DNA of 63,974 nt, filler included, from Acidimicrobiia bacterium (lineage in GTDB: Bacteria > Actinomycetota > Acidimicrobiia > Spongiisociales > SHLN01): the NCBI GenBank assembly GCA_041619515.1. It is 6 parts of 6 records of this genome, joined end to end, with 100 filler letters (N's around TTAATTAATTAA, not from the genome) between each part and the next. Parts side by side here need not be neighbours in the genome. Positions count along the whole stretch, not along the records: positions 12,631 to 24,878 come from JBFKDW010000084.1; positions 24,979 to 36,911 come from JBFKDW010000085.1; 4 more parts are not named here. One strand, 5' to 3'. The notes below the pieces were generated by a model. The model saw nothing but the letters and a program-made list of their open reading frames with translations. It ran no database searches and was not told the origin of the DNA. Position numbers and translations under genes: made by a program. Below, piece after piece: positions 18,308 through 26,756 of the stretch (positions within the stretch are counted from its first letter, which is position 1; the number at the start of each line of letters is the position of its first letter).

Positions 18308-21300
18308 TCAGCTGCTGCCCTTGAGCAGGATGCGTCGATCACCCTCACCGGCGTAGAGGAGCTCCAGAACCTCGCAGCGGTCGCCGGTGAGGTCGAAGGT
18401 CACGGTCAACACACAGGACTCGTTCGGCCCGAGTGAGGTGCCGACACAGCCCGTGGCCTGGAAGTTGGTGAGGCCCGCGATCCCGGTGATCGTGACCGGC
18501 GTGCCACCGACGTTGACGACGTCGACCTGGTGCGTCGACGTGGTGGAGTCGAAGGCCAGCAGCTCGCTCTCGATCTCGACGAATGCCGGACCGGCCGGCG
18601 GCGGCACCGTCGGCGGAGGAGTGGGCCCCGCTTGTCCACTGCCGGTCAGGGCAACCTTCGTTTCGCCCGGTGTGCCGTCGTGGGTGATCACCAGCTCCGT
18701 CGGAGGGGCAGGCCCGACTGCGGATGGAGTGAATACCACCGTTATCAGGCAGGAGTCTCCACTCGCCAGGGGCGCCCCTTCACAGTCCGAATCGGCTGTG
18801 AAGGCCTCGCTGCCCGAGATGGCCGGTGGTTCGATGGTGAGCGGGCCGTTGCCGACGTTGGTGAGGGTTACGACTCGCTCGACGCTGGTTCCGACCGCCA
18901 CGGTGGGGAAGGCGATGGCATCCGGTTCGGCCGCAGCCTCGCCCCTTCGGGCCGGGATCTCTACCTGTGCTGTGGCCGCGCTCTGGTCGACCGAGTCTTC
19001 GGCTACGGTTATCTCGAACTGGAGGGTGTTCCCACCCGCCGCATCCGGTAGCACCTGAACCCGGGCGATGAGCGTCTGCGCGCCGGCCAGCTCCCGTAGC
19101 TCGCACGTCGAGTCGCACGTCCGTCCACCTTGATCGACGAGCTCGATGCTGAGCTCGGGCGGAGCCTCGGAGACTCGCACGGTAACGCCGCTCACCGGTG
19201 AGTCTCCACTGCTCACATTGACCTCGTATTCGACCGTTGTGCCGATCACGGCCTCTCTGCTCGGTGGAGAGATCTCGACTGAGAGGACCGGGCCCACACC
19301 ATTCTGGGAAGTCGAGGTCGTGCCTGAGGTTGTTGTCGTCGTGTCGCCGTTGCCGCCGTCGACGTCCGGGGGGGTGGTGCCGGTTCCGCCGTTGCCCGTA
19401 GGTGATGTCGTGTCGGGCGTGGGTGGCTCATCGGCCATGACAACCTGAAGGTCGGCTGTGATGGTGCCTTCGGGGTCCGTGACGCTCGCCGAGAGCGCAG
19501 CCCGGGCATTGGTGGTCGATGCCCGGGTGTACACGACCCGCAGCTCGCACGACGACTCGCGCTCCAGCACGGCGATGGTGCCATCGGGGTCCAGCAGGCA
19601 CGGCCCGACCAGATCGATGGCGTCGGCCGCCAGCGGGGCGTCGCCGCCCAGCGAGACGCTGTCCGAATCGCGATCCACGTCCCCGCGTCCTCCGTCGACG
19701 GTGAATTCGGGGGAATCGACGCCAATCGCTATCGGTCCGATGTCGTCCTCGGTCTCATTGACCAGAGAGATCACCCGCGGGACGGACTCTCCTATCTCGC
19801 CGCTCGAGATGAACGTCAGGCCGGACGGTTCGAAGGTGAGCTGCTTGGTCCAACCCCCCACCGAGGCCCACGCCGTTACGAAGAGCAGCAGGGCGCCTAC
19901 CAGCCCTGCAACCACCGCGGCCCCGGCCGGGACCTTGGCCGGCACTGCTTTGACCAGCTTGAGGTTCTGCTTGGTGACGTTGGCCGCCCTGGTCTCGCCG
20001 AGTTCGGTTCGCAGGTCGAGTGCCTCGGTGAGATAGGCGAGGCCGGCGGCATCGTCTCCCAGCCCGATTGCCCGCGCGCCCAGTTGGTGCAAGGCCCACG
20101 CCTTGGCGCTGAGCCCCGTTTCCCCCAGGCCCTCGGCGGCGGCGAGCGCATGCTCGAGGACCTGCTTCCAGGCGGCCCAATGCAGACCCAGGGCGATCCC
20201 ACGATCGGTTGCTCTGGCCACCCGGATCACTTCGGTCCACTGCTCGGCTTCCACGCCCCATTCGAGGGCCCGCAGAATGAACTCCCGGTCACGGTTGATG
20301 TCGTCGTTGGTGACCTCGGGTGACTCCGACCAATCGGCCAGGTTGCTGAGGAGCGCTCCCATCCAGTCAGATGGGCTCCAGTGTTTGAGGGCTCCTTCGG
20401 CTACCGTCCCCGTCAAGCTGTAGCGGGGCGAATGCTGTTCGACTCGCTCCTGGTCGATCAGGGCCCGGATTTCCTCGTGGAGCGAAGTAGGCAGGCCTTC
20501 CAGGTCGTCTTTCAGGATTCGCTCGAGCAGCGTCAGGCTCACCGGCACGAGGGCGGCGTCGAGGATCTCGGCGACTTTCTGTTGGATCGGTGTGAGGTCG
20601 GCTCTCACCGATTCTGCGACCACTTCGCTCGGCTCGGCAGTCCCCTGATAGGTGCGGGCTACCTCCGCCAGCGACTTGCCACCCAGCACGGCGTTGCGTG
20701 CCTCGATGAGATGTCCGGGATGGCCGTCGAGCGCCTTGCAGATCTCCCGGGCGGCGTCCCGTTCGTCCTCGGCGATCGGCCGGCCGAGCTGCTTCTCGAA
20801 GAAGGTGAGGGCGTCGTCGGCGGCCAGGCCGCGCAGCGGCCGGCCTTTGGGGAAGGGGGCGGCGGATTCCGCCGAGACCACGAAGGTCGACATGGGAAGC
20901 GTGTTCACGATGTTCTCGACTGTGTCGGCATCGAGGTGGACGTCGTCCAGGATGACGAGCGCCTGCTTCTCCTGCAGGGCAAGCCGGATGGTCTCGGGGC
21001 TCTGCTTGAGCGGCGGATCAGTGGTGTAGAACGCCTTGTACAGATTCTGCAGGAGGTCCGCGTAAATGGTGTCTTCCACGTTTACATCTTCCGGCGTTTC
21101 TGCGACTTCGGGATCCGGTGCAGGTCGGCTGGACGGTGCGGCCGGCACCTTCTGATAGACGACGCCGTCCGGGAAGTCGCCGGTGTCGTCGAATGCAATG
21201 CTTCGCAACAGTGCGGTTTTCCCCCATCCGGGCCCGCCGTAGGCACCGAAGGTCTCCCCGTTCCCGAGCGCCAGCCGGGCTGCGTCTAGCTCTGCGTTGC

Positions 21301-22225
21301 GCCCGATGAATCCCTTGAGGGGCTTGAGGAATGGCTTGACGGGGGCGGGATGTTCCACCGGGGTGGGAACCTCGTCATCTTTCACCCGGACGACTACGGC
21401 ACCGTCGTCTGACTCCAGATCGACCGTGACCATCACCTCGCCAGACACCGCAACGGTTGCCTTGCCGTGCTTGGTTTCTACGGCCTCTGCCTCGACCGGC
21501 CGGCGCTCGGAGACCATGGCGGTAGCGCTGCCGATCTCATATGGTTCGAGTGTTCGGTGGGCGATCCCGATGTCGAGCGCAAACCCCAGCTTGTCGTCGC
21601 GCTCGAATAGCTGGGCTTTGCCCGCCGCCAGGGCGTCGTCGAACGTCATCACACCGTCACTGTTGCGTCCCATCGTCTCGGGATGGCCGTCGGTCGGGTT
21701 GTCCCGCAGCTTGGCGCTGGACGCGAACCCGGTGCACTCGATCGCCAGATAGTTGCCGCTATCGACCAGGTCTCGAAGGTCTTGGATTTCCTTGACGAGG
21801 TCACCCAGCTTCGCCTTTCCGGCTCGTTTCAGGCCGTTCCAATTTGCGAGATCGTCGGATATCGATACGACGACGAAGGCGTGGCTCTGCATGATGACCA
21901 GCACGGGTAGCAGGTTGTAGGCCTCGGCCAGCCCGGCGAACAGGACCGAGAGGTCGAGGCATGTTCCGCGGCCTGCTCCGGAGAAGATGTCGGCAGGGGT
22001 GCGGATCTCCTGCAGCTTGTCGTCGTATCGAAACGGCTCGAGGTCGTAGTAGATACCCGCCTGCAGCAGCTTGGTGTAGATCAGCTCGAGTTTCCGACGG
22101 CGGCCGTCGGGCGTATCTTCCAGGTCGAAGGTGTTTTCGTCCAGCTTTCCGAGCAGCGGCTCGGCGCGCACGGTGACGTACTTCGCCAACTCCTTCTCGC
22201 TGAACTTCGACCAGGGGGGATACAC
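18308..22225 (-). CDS. Multidomain membrane STAND/NB-ARC protein: papain/transglutaminase-like domain, NB-ARC, TPR, TM, Ig-like (ASH/choice-of-anchor D, DUF11-like) repeats
   Basis: GTCLDL/HAF/IECTG; FIGR..E, GGPGWGKT, LVILDDV, LDGHP; AWALHQLG TPR; TM at about 19855-19923; TLTNVGNGPLTI and GDSC.ITVVFTP repeats; GGAGGT RBS. Confidence 0.88.
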   Translation of the reverse strand: MYPPWSKFSEKELAKYVTVRAEPLLGKLDENTFDLEDTPDGRRRKLELIYTKLLQAGIYYDLEPFRYDDKLQEIRTPADIFSGAGRGTCLDLSVLFAGLAEAYNLLPVLVIMQSHAFVVVSISDDLANWNGLKRAGKAKLGDLVKEIQDLRDLVDSGNYLAIECTGFASSAKLRDNPTDGHPETMGRNSDGVMTFDDALAAGKAQLFERDDKLGFALDIGIAHRTLEPYEIGSATAMVSERRPVEAEAVETKHGKATVAVSGEVMVTVDLESDDGAVVVRVKDDEVPTPVEHPAPVKPFLKPLKGFIGRNAELDAARLALGNGETFGAYGGPGWGKTALLRSIAFDDTGDFPDGVVYQKVPAAPSSRPAPDPEVAETPEDVNVEDTIYADLLQNLYKAFYTTDPPLKQSPETIRLALQEKQALVILDDVHLDADTVENIVNTLPMSTFVVSAESAAPFPKGRPLRGLAADDALTFFEKQLGRPIAEDERDAAREICKALDGHPGHLIEARNAVLGGKSLAEVARTYQGTAEPSEVVAESVRADLTPIQQKVAEILDAALVPVSLTLLERILKDDLEGLPTSLHEEIRALIDQERVEQHSPRYSLTGTVAEGALKHWSPSDWMGALLSNLADWSESPEVTNDDINRDREFILRALEWGVEAEQWTEVIRVARATDRGIALGLHWAAWKQVLEHALAAAEGLGETGLSAKAWALHQLGARAIGLGDDAAGLAYLTEALDLRTELGETRAANVTKQNLKLVKAVPAKVPAGAAVVAGLVGALLLFVTAWASVGGWTKQLTFEPSGLTFISSGEIGESVPRVISLVNETEDDIGPIAIGVDSPEFTVDGGRGDVDRDSDSVSLGGDAPLAADAIDLVGPCLLDPDGTIAVLERESSCELRVVYTRASTTNARAALSASVTDPEGTITADLQVVMADEPPTPDTTSPTGNGGTGTTPPDVDGGNGDTTTTTSGTTSTSQNGVGPVLSVEISPPSREAVIGTTVEYEVNVSSGDSPVSGVTVRVSEAPPELSIELVDQGGRTCDSTCELRELAGAQTLIARVQVLPDAAGGNTLQFEITVAEDSVDQSAATAQVEIPARRGEAAAEPDAIAFPTVAVGTSVERVVTLTNVGNGPLTIEPPAISGSEAFTADSDCEGAPLASGDSCLITVVFTPSAVGPAPPTELVITHDGTPGETKVALTGSGQAGPTPPPTVPPPAGPAFVEIESELLAFDSTTSTHQVDVVNVGGTPVTITGIAGLTNFQATGCVGTSLGPNESCVLTVTFDLTGDRCEVLELLYAGEGDRRILLKGSS

Positions 22226-22266
22226 GGTGGGCTACACCTCCCGTCCTGGCTGGAGAGGAGTGTGTT

Positions 22267-23715
22267 TCATCCCATGACCTCGAAGACATCGTGGACCGGC
22301 TCGGGATCGGTGGGCCCCGGATCCACCACTGCCAGCTCGATCCGGTGCAGGCCGGGTTTGAGGCCTTCGAGGGTGGCATGCCAACCGTCCTCACCCTCGA
22401 TCAGGTCGAATGGCTGCGTCGGCTGTCCCGTATCCACGCCCGTGACCCGGGCCACCAGCTGCCCTTCGACGCCGACCGGTTCGTTTCCCTGGATGGTGAG
22501 GACGTTTGCCGAGATCGTGACCGGCTCTTCTTCCAAGTACAGATCGTCTACTTCGAGCGAGAGCGCCAGCCCCTCCGCCGCTTCGCCTTCGATTTTGAGC
22601 CCGCGAAGGGCTTCGAGCTCGTCCTCGGACTGGAGCTGCTTGATCTCCTCCAAGAGGATCTCGAGAAGAGTGCCGTTGGCTTGCAAAGAGCTGTGGCGCT
22701 CCGGGAAGAAGATCGGCCCGGCCTTCTTCTCCATGCCGATGGGCACGGCCGAGACTCGCGGGACGGTTCCGTCCCCGCCTTCTTGATGGGTCCCCACTCC
22801 CTTTGGTGGCTTCTTGAGGATCTCGACTTTGCCGTCGGCAAAGATGGCCGACTGGCTGGTCTTCTGTCTGACTCCCACTACCGGGATGAGCTTGTAGGCG
22901 TCGGCGGGACGCGCTTTGGCGTGTTCCTCGATGTCCAGGTGAAACTGGAAGGCATGTTCTGCCATCGCCCGATCAATGCCGTGGATGTCGAAGTCCTTCG
23001 GGTACAGCATCTTCTCTTCATCCCCACCACCGACCATCGGGTACCGCGGCATCAACTCGTACACGGACGGGAATGTCCGCATCGCATCGGTCAGGTCGAG
23101 GAAGGCCTTTTTGAATCCGTTCGCCAGCGTGCCGACGGCGTCGACGGATCCCCGATGGGGAGTCCCGAATGTGATGAGAGCCTTGCAGGTCGGCCAGCCC
23201 TCGAGCACCTCCAGGTAATACCGGGACACGAGGCCGCCCATGCTGTGGGCCAGGAGGATCACCTTGGCGTCGGGGTAGTGCTGCTGCCATGCCGGCAGCT
23301 TCTCATCGATGAGCTCCTTGAGGCGCTGCGCCGAGCTGCGATTGCTGCGGCGCCAGTCGTAGGGGAACTCGTAGAAGTTGTTGGGCTCGGGGTCGGCGAT
23401 CTCGCCCGGCGCCACCTCGAAGTTGTCTGTGATCAGCCGCGAGATGGCCGTGTACCCATCGATTTTCCATAGGCCGGGGATGATGTGGGTGTCGGACAGG
23501 ACCCGCGTGGCCTCAATGCCGTCTTTGAGGACCTTCTGGTTCGGGTCGTCGTCCTGGACGTGCATCGCTTCGAGTTCCCTGCCGAAGTTCCTCAATATCT
23601 TGAACACGGCGCTGCCCGAGTTCGCCCACAGGTCTTTCTCGTTCTTCTGGAGGACGCTTCCACTGATGCCGGGCAGGAGTACGACGAGGTCTTCGATCGG
23701 CGGCTTGTTTCCCAT
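22267..23715 (-). CDS. LCAT/PGAP1-like alpha/beta-hydrolase (lipase/acyltransferase) with C-terminal beta-sandwich
   Basis: LLPGISGS.L, FPYDWRRS, AHSMGG nucleophile elbow, GTPHRGS, GDGTVP, HSSL; no signal peptide. Confidence 0.9.
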   Translation of the reverse strand: MGNKPPIEDLVVLLPGISGSVLQKNEKDLWANSGSAVFKILRNFGRELEAMHVQDDDPNQKVLKDGIEATRVLSDTHIIPGLWKIDGYTAISRLITDNFEVAPGEIADPEPNNFYEFPYDWRRSNRSSAQRLKELIDEKLPAWQQHYPDAKVILLAHSMGGLVSRYYLEVLEGWPTCKALITFGTPHRGSVDAVGTLANGFKKAFLDLTDAMRTFPSVYELMPRYPMVGGGDEEKMLYPKDFDIHGIDRAMAEHAFQFHLDIEEHAKARPADAYKLIPVVGVRQKTSQSAIFADGKVEILKKPPKGVGTHQEGGDGTVPRVSAVPIGMEKKAGPIFFPERHSSLQANGTLLEILLEEIKQLQSEDELEALRGLKIEGEAAEGLALSLEVDDLYLEEEPVTISANVLTIQGNEPVGVEGQLVARVTGVDTGQPTQPFDLIEGEDGWHATLEGLKPGLHRIELAVVDPGPTDPEPVHDVFEVMG

Positions 23716-23725
23716 GCTCTCTCCC

Positions 23726-24878
23726 TCAGTTCTCGTTGAAGAATGCGTCGCGGGCGGCCACCCATTCCTCGTACGCGGCCCACGGATCCTCGCCCGGCTC
23801 GGTGTCGGCTGCCGGCACCGGCACCGGCGGTTTTGGTGTAATCGTCACGAGCAGCATCCCGAACAACAGGGTGATGAGCGCCACCAGGGCCAGGTCCATC
23901 GTCTTGACGCCGGTGAACGGCAGCTGCGGGCGGATGACCACAATTCCCTTGACCGCCACCCCGAACGCAGCGGTCAGCTCGTCGTCGCGGTTGTTCTCGA
24001 GATTCGGCTCCAGGTCGAGCCGCGGATGGCGAGCGAACACCGAGCTGAGCAAGGCGTCGTCGGCGGCACTGTCCGGGCTGACCAGGACATCCAGCGTGAT
24101 GTCGACGATGCCACCGGCGGGGATGGTCCCCAGTTCACACGCCACCACCCGGCCGCTGACCGTGCACGCGTCCGGTAGCAGCCCGAGGTCGGGCACGACG
24201 TCGTCGTCCAGCGTCAGTTCGGCGGTGACGTCGGGGACCGCCTGGTCACATAGGGTGTTCTTGACTGCGATCACGTACAGGAAGGCGTCGCCCGGTGCGT
24301 CGATGAGCGGGTCCCCGGTCACGGATCCGATCGGCCCGTCATCGGCCGGCCCGTCGGCCAATATCGCCACCAGGTCGCAGGTTGTGCTGTTGGTGAAGGT
24401 GCAGGTGACGGTTTCTCCCCCTTCAAGGTCGATGTTGGCCGGATCCGATCCGTCGCTGCAGTTGGCGACCAGGGCCCAGTTGGCCGGGACCGCCTCGGAC
24501 ACCGAGTAGGTGCCGGGTGCCAGCAGGCCCGAATCGTTGCGATCACCGTCTCCCAGCTGGAACCCGGGGCCGTAGCTGGTGGTGAAGCTGAAGGTCTGAC
24601 CCGATGGAGTGAACTCCCGCACCGACTTGACGACGATGATCCGACCCTGGTTGCCGTTGGTGGCCTGGTTGGTGAAGGTGCAGGTGATGATGTCGCCTGC
24701 TGTCACGGTGTAGGTGGCGGTGCCGGTGCTGATGTCGCCGGTGGCGTCGCCGCCGATGCAGGTGATGTCGGTGAGGGTCCACCCGGGAAGGCTGGTTTCG
24801 GTGACCGTGTAGGTGCCGGGGTCAACGTCGAGGGAGGCGGTGTCGTTGTCGGCCAGGGTGGCGGTGAGGTCCCCGGTG
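23726..24878 (-). CDS. Cell-surface repeat protein (SpaA/prealbumin-like repeats + DUF11), LPFTG sorting motif + TM; 5' end truncated by the contig break
   Basis: PGTY.V.E..P..W...C......G....CTFTN repeats, VACELGTI, LPFTG; the frame stays open to the linker. Confidence 0.85.
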
Positions 24879-24978
24879 NNNNNNNNNNNNNNNNNNNNNN
24901 NNNNNNNNNNNNNNNNNNNNNNTTAATTAATTAANNNNNNNNNNNNNNNNNNNNNNNNNNNNNNNNNNNNNNNNNNNN
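24879..24978. other. Artificial contig linker
   Basis: N44-TTAATTAATTAA-N44. Confidence 0.98.
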
Positions 24979-25117
24979 CATTCGATGTATGGACATTTCA
25001 GGCCCTCCATTCGACGGGGTGGGAACGAACCGGCGAGCAGACTCCAACGAATGGCTCGGACACCTGGGCACGGAGCCCATCCCACCACCCGATTCTATCG
25101 GTCAGCGATCTGTCGCC

Positions 25118-25140
25118 GGGTGCATCGCGTGTGTGCACCC
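25118..25140 (-). terminator. Hairpin downstream of the glutaredoxin gene
   Basis: GGGTGCA-N9-TGCACCC inverted repeat 13 nt past the stop. Confidence 0.4.
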
Positions 25141-25153
25141 CTCGAAAGCGCGG

Positions 25154-25435
25154 TCAGGCTTCCGGGCGGGTCATCTCTGCCAGTCGGCCGTCGGCGTCGA
25201 GGATTTGGAGGTCTTCCCAGCTGCCGATGTGCTCGCCGCCGATGAAGATCTGCGGGATTGACCGCGAACGCGGCAATCGGCGGGTGTACTCCTCGAGTCG
25301 ATCGGGATCGGAGATGTCGTACTCGACGTACTCGAGCCTGCGCGCCCGCAGAAGGGCACGGGTCTGGGCACAATAGGCGCAGCCCGGCCCCGAGAACATT
25401 TCGATCATCGGGGCCGGCGCAACGCTTTGCGACAC
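25154..25435 (-). CDS. Glutaredoxin (Grx3-like)
   Basis: CAYC active site, SIPQIFIGGEHIG. Confidence 0.92.
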   Translation of the reverse strand: MSQSVAPAPMIEMFSGPGCAYCAQTRALLRARRLEYVEYDISDPDRLEEYTRRLPRSRSIPQIFIGGEHIGSWEDLQILDADGRLAEMTRPEA

Positions 25436-25444
25436 GTCGATCTC

Positions 25445-26017
25445 CTAGCTGTGATCGACCTTGAGAATCGGCTCACCGCCGAGGAAGACCGGCTCGAGCA
25501 CCACACCGAGGGCGTCGCCGAACTTCGAGATCGCGATGTACTGCGTGATGACGTATACGGCCTCGACAATCTGTGACTCGTCGTAGTGCGCCTTGACCCG
25601 GTCCCAGATGTCGTTGGAGATGCGGTTGGCATCGACGCCGATTTGCACCGTCAGGTCGAGCAGGGCTACTTCGCCTTCGGTGAAGTGCTCGCTCTTCTTG
25701 TACTTCTCGCCTTCGATATCGGCGATCTTCTCGGCCGAGATGCCGAGCCGCTGCGAAACCGCCTCATGCTGTACCACGCAATACTGGCACTCGTTGCGGT
25801 GCGTCGCCTTGAGGATCAGGAGCTCCTTGGTCGGCCAATCGAGATACGAGTCCTGGAGCATCTCCATGACCGACTCGGTGAAGATGGCGCCGAGTTTGGG
25901 GGTGTGGCCGAAGACTTTGAAGATGTTCAGCAGCAATTCGAACCGCTCTTCGGCATCGTTGTAGAAGCTGTTGGTCAGCTCGTCGGCTTGCTCTCTCTCC
26001 ACATAGGAAACGGACAT
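25445..26017 (-). CDS. Carboxymuconolactone decarboxylase / AhpD-like peroxidase
   Basis: KELLIL.....NECQYCVVQH, LGIS.EKI, FTEGE.ALL; GAGGAG RBS. Confidence 0.88.
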   Translation of the reverse strand: MSVSYVEREQADELTNSFYNDAEERFELLLNIFKVFGHTPKLGAIFTESVMEMLQDSYLDWPTKELLILKATHRNECQYCVVQHEAVSQRLGISAEKIADIEGEKYKKSEHFTEGEVALLDLTVQIGVDANRISNDIWDRVKAHYDESQIVEAVYVITQYIAISKFGDALGVVLEPVFLGGEPILKVDHS

Positions 26018-26055
26018 GGTGACTCCTCTGATAGGCGGCGCATCTCTTCCGAGAT

Positions 26056-26077
26056 TTTTGGATCATATGCTTCAAAA
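26056..26077. promoter_or_regulatory. Candidate TetR operator palindrome
   Basis: TTTTGGATCATATGCTTCAAAA (9 of 11 pairs symmetric) between the divergent genes. Confidence 0.6.
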
Positions 26078-26096
26078 TGCTGTACTGTCAACCTCG

Positions 26097-26696
26097 ATGA
26101 CACAGATCACTGGACGACCTCGCGAATTCGACGAATCAGCGGTGCTCGACCGCGCCGTCGACCTGTTCTGGCGAACGGGTTATCGCCAGACCACGACCCG
26201 TGAGCTGGAAGCGACGCTGGGGATTAGCCAATCGAGCATCTACAACGCCTTCGGTTCCAAACAGGGCCTCATGGAAGCCGCCCTCGACCGTTACGAGTCG
26301 ATGACGTCACGGGCGCTGCTGGAACCGCTCGAGCAAGCAGATCACGGGCTCGATGCCATCAGCAGATTTTTCGATTCGCTCGCCCGATGGGTGAGCGAAG
26401 ACGGCAAAGGTGGGTGCATGATCATCAACCTCATGGCCGAAGACGGGGGTGGCGACCCACGGATCCGCGAGCGAACCCTGAGTTACCGGGGCCGGGTACG
26501 CGGGGCGCTGCGCGAGGCGCTCGACCGGGCCATCGCCGCAGGCAAAGCCCAGCCCGGCCACGTCGACGTGCGAGCCGACCTCCTGTTTGGGGAAGTCCTC
26601 GGCATCAACGTCGTGGCGCGGGGCGGGGCCTCTTCGGGCGAGGTTGATCGCCTAGTCGCCGGCGCTCGACATCTGATTGACAGCTGGCGCATGTAG
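26097..26696 (+). CDS. TetR/AcrR family regulator (NemR/ComR-like)
   Basis: GRPREFD...LDRA..LFW..GY..T....L...LGIS.SSIYNAFGSK; GCMIIN. Confidence 0.93.
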   Translation: MTQITGRPREFDESAVLDRAVDLFWRTGYRQTTTRELEATLGISQSSIYNAFGSKQGLMEAALDRYESMTSRALLEPLEQADHGLDAISRFFDSLARWVSEDGKGGCMIINLMAEDGGGDPRIRERTLSYRGRVRGALREALDRAIAAGKAQPGHVDVRADLLFGEVLGINVVARGGASSGEVDRLVAGARHLIDSWRM

Positions 26697-26756
26697 CGGC
26701 CGCAGGCGGGCCGGGGCCCGTCCCGCGTATCATGCGAGCCGGCGACGGGAGGCAGG

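Noticed and set aside
12782..24878. Prophage or integrative island at tRNA-Thr
   Set aside because: No integrase, no duplicated tRNA 3' end and no phage genes. These genes lie 5' of the tRNA, and its 3' side is cut by the contig end.
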